Assembly: GCA_032718475.1 (NCBI GenBank)
Contig: JAUCBJ010001527.1
Location: 1 to 35,395, forward strand
DNA from: Nemertoderma westbladi
Lineage: Eukaryota; Animalia; Xenacoelomorpha
Reading direction: 5' to 3'
Length of the DNA stretch: 35,395 nt
The position numbers and the translations under genes were made by a program. Shown piece by piece: positions 31,509 to 35,395 of this stretch. Numbering within the stretch: position 1 is the first letter of the stretch; each line of letters opens with the position of its first letter. Under the pieces are notes generated by a model that saw nothing but the letters and a program-made list of their open reading frames with translations, was not told where the DNA came from and did not search any database.

Positions 31509-32049
31509 CCTGTGAATAGCTGATATTGTAACGTAAGTATTGTTTATGTTTATGTGCTACTGTAGTTAGTGAAAAACGAAGATGTAATGTTAAAGCACAG
31601 CGTTGAAAGCGCCCCCCCCCCCCCCCCGCCCTCACCCCCGCCCCCGCCCGGTATCTGAAAATACGAGGCCCTATACATTTTATTAATTCAAATTACAGAA
31701 GGCTCCTAGCTGCCTAGTATATTAAATATCAATATTAAATGAAGATACTGTAAATAATATAATGCGTGCCTGTTCCTCTAAATATGGGTTATGATTTTTA
31801 ATTTTTATACGTACGGGTTTTAGTGTAGAAGCATGAGAATTACCCCAGGAGTAGAATGCAATACAGTAGATAGGGGTGAACAAGTGAAAAGTATAGTTGG
31901 CTGAGAATACGAAGTGGAAAGTCATGATGTAGTTTGGAGAATATTCCAGAATTTCTAGAGATTTTAGATATAATAATGCTTGAAGTGAGAATGCCAGTTG
32001 GCTCTACTAGTAGTAGTTGGTAGTTGGTAGCTAGTAGTTGGTTCTACTA

Positions 32050-32235
32050 CCGGTTTAATACTGTAGGGGATTGGTTAATTAGTATGGGGTTGGAATTAGT
32101 ATCTTGGGTAGTTGGAATATATAGCGTATTCAGTCTAAGATAGGTTGAGAGATTGTCTGCTAGCCAATCAGCAATCTTAGAGAGTTCAGCATTAGATATG
32201 GAGATGAGCGAACGAGTCAAGGATAGGTTTAGCAA
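32050..32235 (-). mobile_element. Short CR1/L2-type RT fragment
   Basis: NAELSKIADWLADNL resembles the N.EL..i..Wl..N.L.LN..KT motif that follows the YADD motif. Confidence 0.55.
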
Positions 32236-32899
32236 TGTGTAATGTAATGTAAAATTATTAAGATTAGATTAAACTAAGTACTATAAATCATATACTATAA
32301 AATTATATCTACTAACACCGTTCCAATAATAGTTTCTAAATGTCGTTCAATTTTATTTTAGCGAGTGAATTGTGGTACCGCGCGTACAGGTGTTTTTTTT
32401 ATTGCGTAAAGCGTCCACACGCTAAATGGGATATTTATGTTAAAATAAAACAACTCCCATCGTGCTACGCGAAGGGCTAAGAATGTGTATTGTGTATTCA
32501 GACATTAGGCGCTTATAAAATACTAAATTTGGCGGCGAATTCATTATTTCCGCTCCATTTGCTATAGAGTTGGATCATCCTTAGTCCTGTTTAATTACTT
32601 AATAAAATACTAAATTTATGTTAATTTTTAATTAAATTTCAATAATTTTCCATTTTTTTTAACCAAACAGATATTTTGGACAACCCTTAAGTGCTTATGC
32701 CTAGGCAGTCCTTATCTAGTACTATATTAGAAATTTTTCTTACATGTTTTATTTGCATATTATTTTACTCAGTAGGTATATATTGTGTATATTTTTCTTT
32801 TATTGGCTAATAGTGTAATAACGAACCTGCCTATTAATAGGCCAGGGTAGTTCTTGTCAAGAGTTGAGCCGTTCAAAAACACGATGTGGTTATGTATAT

Positions 32900-33332
32900 A
32901 CACCATGAACCGTAATATAGTGTCATTTTCTGATGACACGGACCTACCCCCCCCCCCCCCCCAAATTTTTATACAAATCTTTATCATATTGCTTGAAATT
33001 TGAAACACAACTTGTTCCACTCAACGTGGTTGTTACCATGAAGCCGGCATTTTCGATTTCGCCTTTAAATTTTTTAATAAGGGTTTTAAAAAATGTCTTT
33101 TGCAAAATCGCACCCTCCGTATCGTGGCCATTCTTTACATTAGTCGTAATTTCATATCATTGGAAAGCTTGCGTTTAGTTGCAAGGATTCAAAATATGTA
33201 GCAATATCAGATTTTCGTTAAGAAACAGCTGAGATATAGGTTTTCAAATATTGTAAGAATTATTGTTAGCTGAAGGCCATTTTTATTCTATTTAATAAAT
33301 AAACAAAATTCTAAAACATGTTATTTATTTTA
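32900..33332. mobile_element. Single diverged arm related to the 3251-4150 MITE
   Basis: Shared order of motifs: AATATAGTGTC, poly-C, AAATTTGAAACA, TGGAAAGCT, TGCAAGGATTC-AAATATGTA, AGCTGAGATAT, ATTTTATTCTATT. Confidence 0.7.
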
Positions 33333-33675
33333 TGAGTTGGTGGGCAACAGCGGTATTCCAATCCAATATCTCTATTTTTTTTGTTTTTTTTTTGTTTTTC
33401 TCACTGTCGCCGGTGTATGCGATAGTGAAAGTTCTTCATATGAATAATCCCCGTGTAGACTGTGGATTAAGGGATTGGCTTATTCTTTTAAATGACTATG
33501 TACAGTCCATATTAGGGTAGGCCTACAGTCAAGGATTACTACTTAATAGTATATAAAGTACTATACAGTAAACAATACAGTACACCCATACCCAATATTA
33601 TGTGACGATTTTTATAATGTTTTAGACCAAACCGTTCGGTTCACATTCGTTTAAACATCTCGCTTGTTGTACTTT

Positions 33676-34575
33676 TCAAGTTTCTTTGTTGATTATCACA
33701 CGCCGCCCCTCTACGATGTGTCTCCATAACAATAAAACCGCCTTCACGAGAGCTGCTACACTCGATAGTGAGAGTAGAACGATTGTAAATATTGTGTTTC
33801 TTGCACCATCTTCATAATTCTTAGCCAAACTTCCTATTAAAGCGACAACCAGGACGATGTAAGGTGTGAATGTGTACCGGGTGTACTGGTCTAGGAAAAA
33901 CCAATCGGCAACTAAAAACACGGCAATCACCGCTGTGAGGATGCTGAGGCTGGTGGTTGAAGCGTCCTGTTGGCTGAAGTGTGCGGACCGATAAGTAAGA
34001 ACCATGGCGAAATTCAGAAGCGTAGCAATAGTGCACCAGGTCGCGTATATACTTAATCCATTTTGAACCAAGAACCTTGTCAACCAGACATCTTTTTCTC
34101 GCCCTTGCTGGATCAGGATATCCATTCCTTTATGCAGACTTCTATACGAGAAGAACAAGCTGAAATATAAGGATGCAGTAACCAGGAAAAGTAAAGCAAA
34201 GGCTATCTCCAACATTTCTTTTTCAAAAGATTTCAGCCATCCACAGTTAAATACAAGGTTGAGAATGTAGCTGACAAGATAAGGTACTGGAAGCAGCACA
34301 GGGTACGTGTAAGCTGGTCCCTGTTCCGTCTTACGAAAGAGATTGACTACCGCGTATACAATCCAAAGAGCCTGCCAAGTGTAGATGACGCCCCAGATAC
34401 TGAATGTCTATCCTGCAGGGGTTATCTCAAGGTAATATTTGTCTGATATTTCGCCAATGTCCGATGCGAAACCATTGAACACTATAGTCGCAACAAAGAA
34501 ACACGGAACAAGCAACGTCAGAACCAGCAAGATGGTGTTATGCCCCAATTTCTCGTAATATTGTCGCAGCGGCAT
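33676..34575 (-). pseudogene. Intronless multi-pass membrane protein of an uncharacterised (TspO-like) family with an in-frame TAG at 34410-34408
   Basis: The frame is open from the ATG at 34575 to 33676 except ISDKYYLEITPAG*TFSIWGVIYTWQ, where the family motif TPAGWTFSIWG has Trp. It also has LVQNGLSIYATWCTIATLLNF and about 7-8 hydrophobic segments. Confidence 0.8.
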
Positions 34576-35109
34576 AATAATGGCATTAACAGTATATCCT
34601 GTCCTTTGTGGGAGAAAATGATAATCAATAACATTTATAAAACATCATCACAAGCAATCGACTTTCAAAACTTTAGAAGAGAAGCCCCATGAATTCGGGA
34701 TTCTACAATTTTAGTCTATGAAAGTGATCAGATATTTATATTTATTTAATTGACGGATCGCCGTATTGAAAGGCAATGTCGCTCATTTTATTTCATTGTT
34801 CCAGATTGGAATGTAAATGTTTGCCAACTCTCAATGTTATCAGCCAATCACACTGTTGCCAATATACTATACCGGTACAGTTGTGCTAACCTACACCGTG
34901 TGTAAATATTGGGGGGGGGGGGGGGGGGAGCAATAACTAAGGATGAGATATACCAAAATAATATGACGTGATGGCGTGTGGTTAAAGACAATTGGGAGTA
35001 TATGACTTAAGAGACAATGGCACCAAAAATGTGAACTCAAATCAATATACAGTACGTGGAATGAACATAACTAAACCATGTAAGTACTATCCTGATCAAG
35101 GTGGCTTAG

Positions 35110-35395
35110 TTAGTTATTGTGGGGCGAGCGACGAAAGTAAGCGGGCTTAGCATACGGGTACCACTATCTCAATCGGTGTGTCTGTAGATCTGTCGTTCTG
35201 TAGATCTGTGTCTTTTAAACGTTAATAACTCGGCTAATCCTCGATAAAATCTAACCAAACTTAGTACACATGTTGTTTGGCAAAAGTTTAGAAATTTTCC
35301 AAGTTGAATTTCCGTGTGGCCTTCGAGAAGCGGAGATAAAAGCAGTTAATCAACTAATAAAATTAGTTAATTAAGTTCATTACGGTGAAACACCA
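35110..35395 (+). mobile_element. Possible non-autonomous Helentron-associated (HINE/DINE-like) repeat
   Basis: A short GC-rich head is followed by a duplicated TCTGTAGATCTGT microsatellite-like stretch and AATAACTC...CCAAACTTAGTACACATGTT, a layout typical of these elements. Confidence 0.35.

Overview
AT-rich, repeat-dense animal (probably marine invertebrate) genomic DNA; nothing prokaryotic. From left to right: the 5' coding end of U1 snRNP 70K (SNRNP70, minus strand, missing from the ORF track because it runs off the window edge), whose leader carries five 5'-splice-site motifs; a 5'-truncated CR1/L2-type LINE; a ~0.9 kb foldback MITE; a complete Ty3/Gypsy element (5888-10423, minus strand) with identical 172-bp LTRs, GTTA TSD, tRNA-Leu PBS and a UUUAAAC + pseudoknot frameshift signal, but a broken gag and a YMDN RT; a degenerate BEL/Pao element (plus strand, from ~11.5 kb) followed by a hairpin-rich spacer and a ~1400-codon extra ORF with a DEDDy 3'-5' exonuclease domain and CCHC zinc knuckles, then a candidate PPT/3' LTR; a decayed RTEX/Proto2-like LINE; small SINE, hAT and HINE-like pieces; and an intronless multi-pass membrane protein gene with an in-frame TAG. 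The strongest leads are the exonuclease/zinc-knuckle cargo ORF with its upstream RNA hairpins and the donor-site array in the U1-70K leader. All domain calls come from motif recognition by eye; no searches or folding programs were run.
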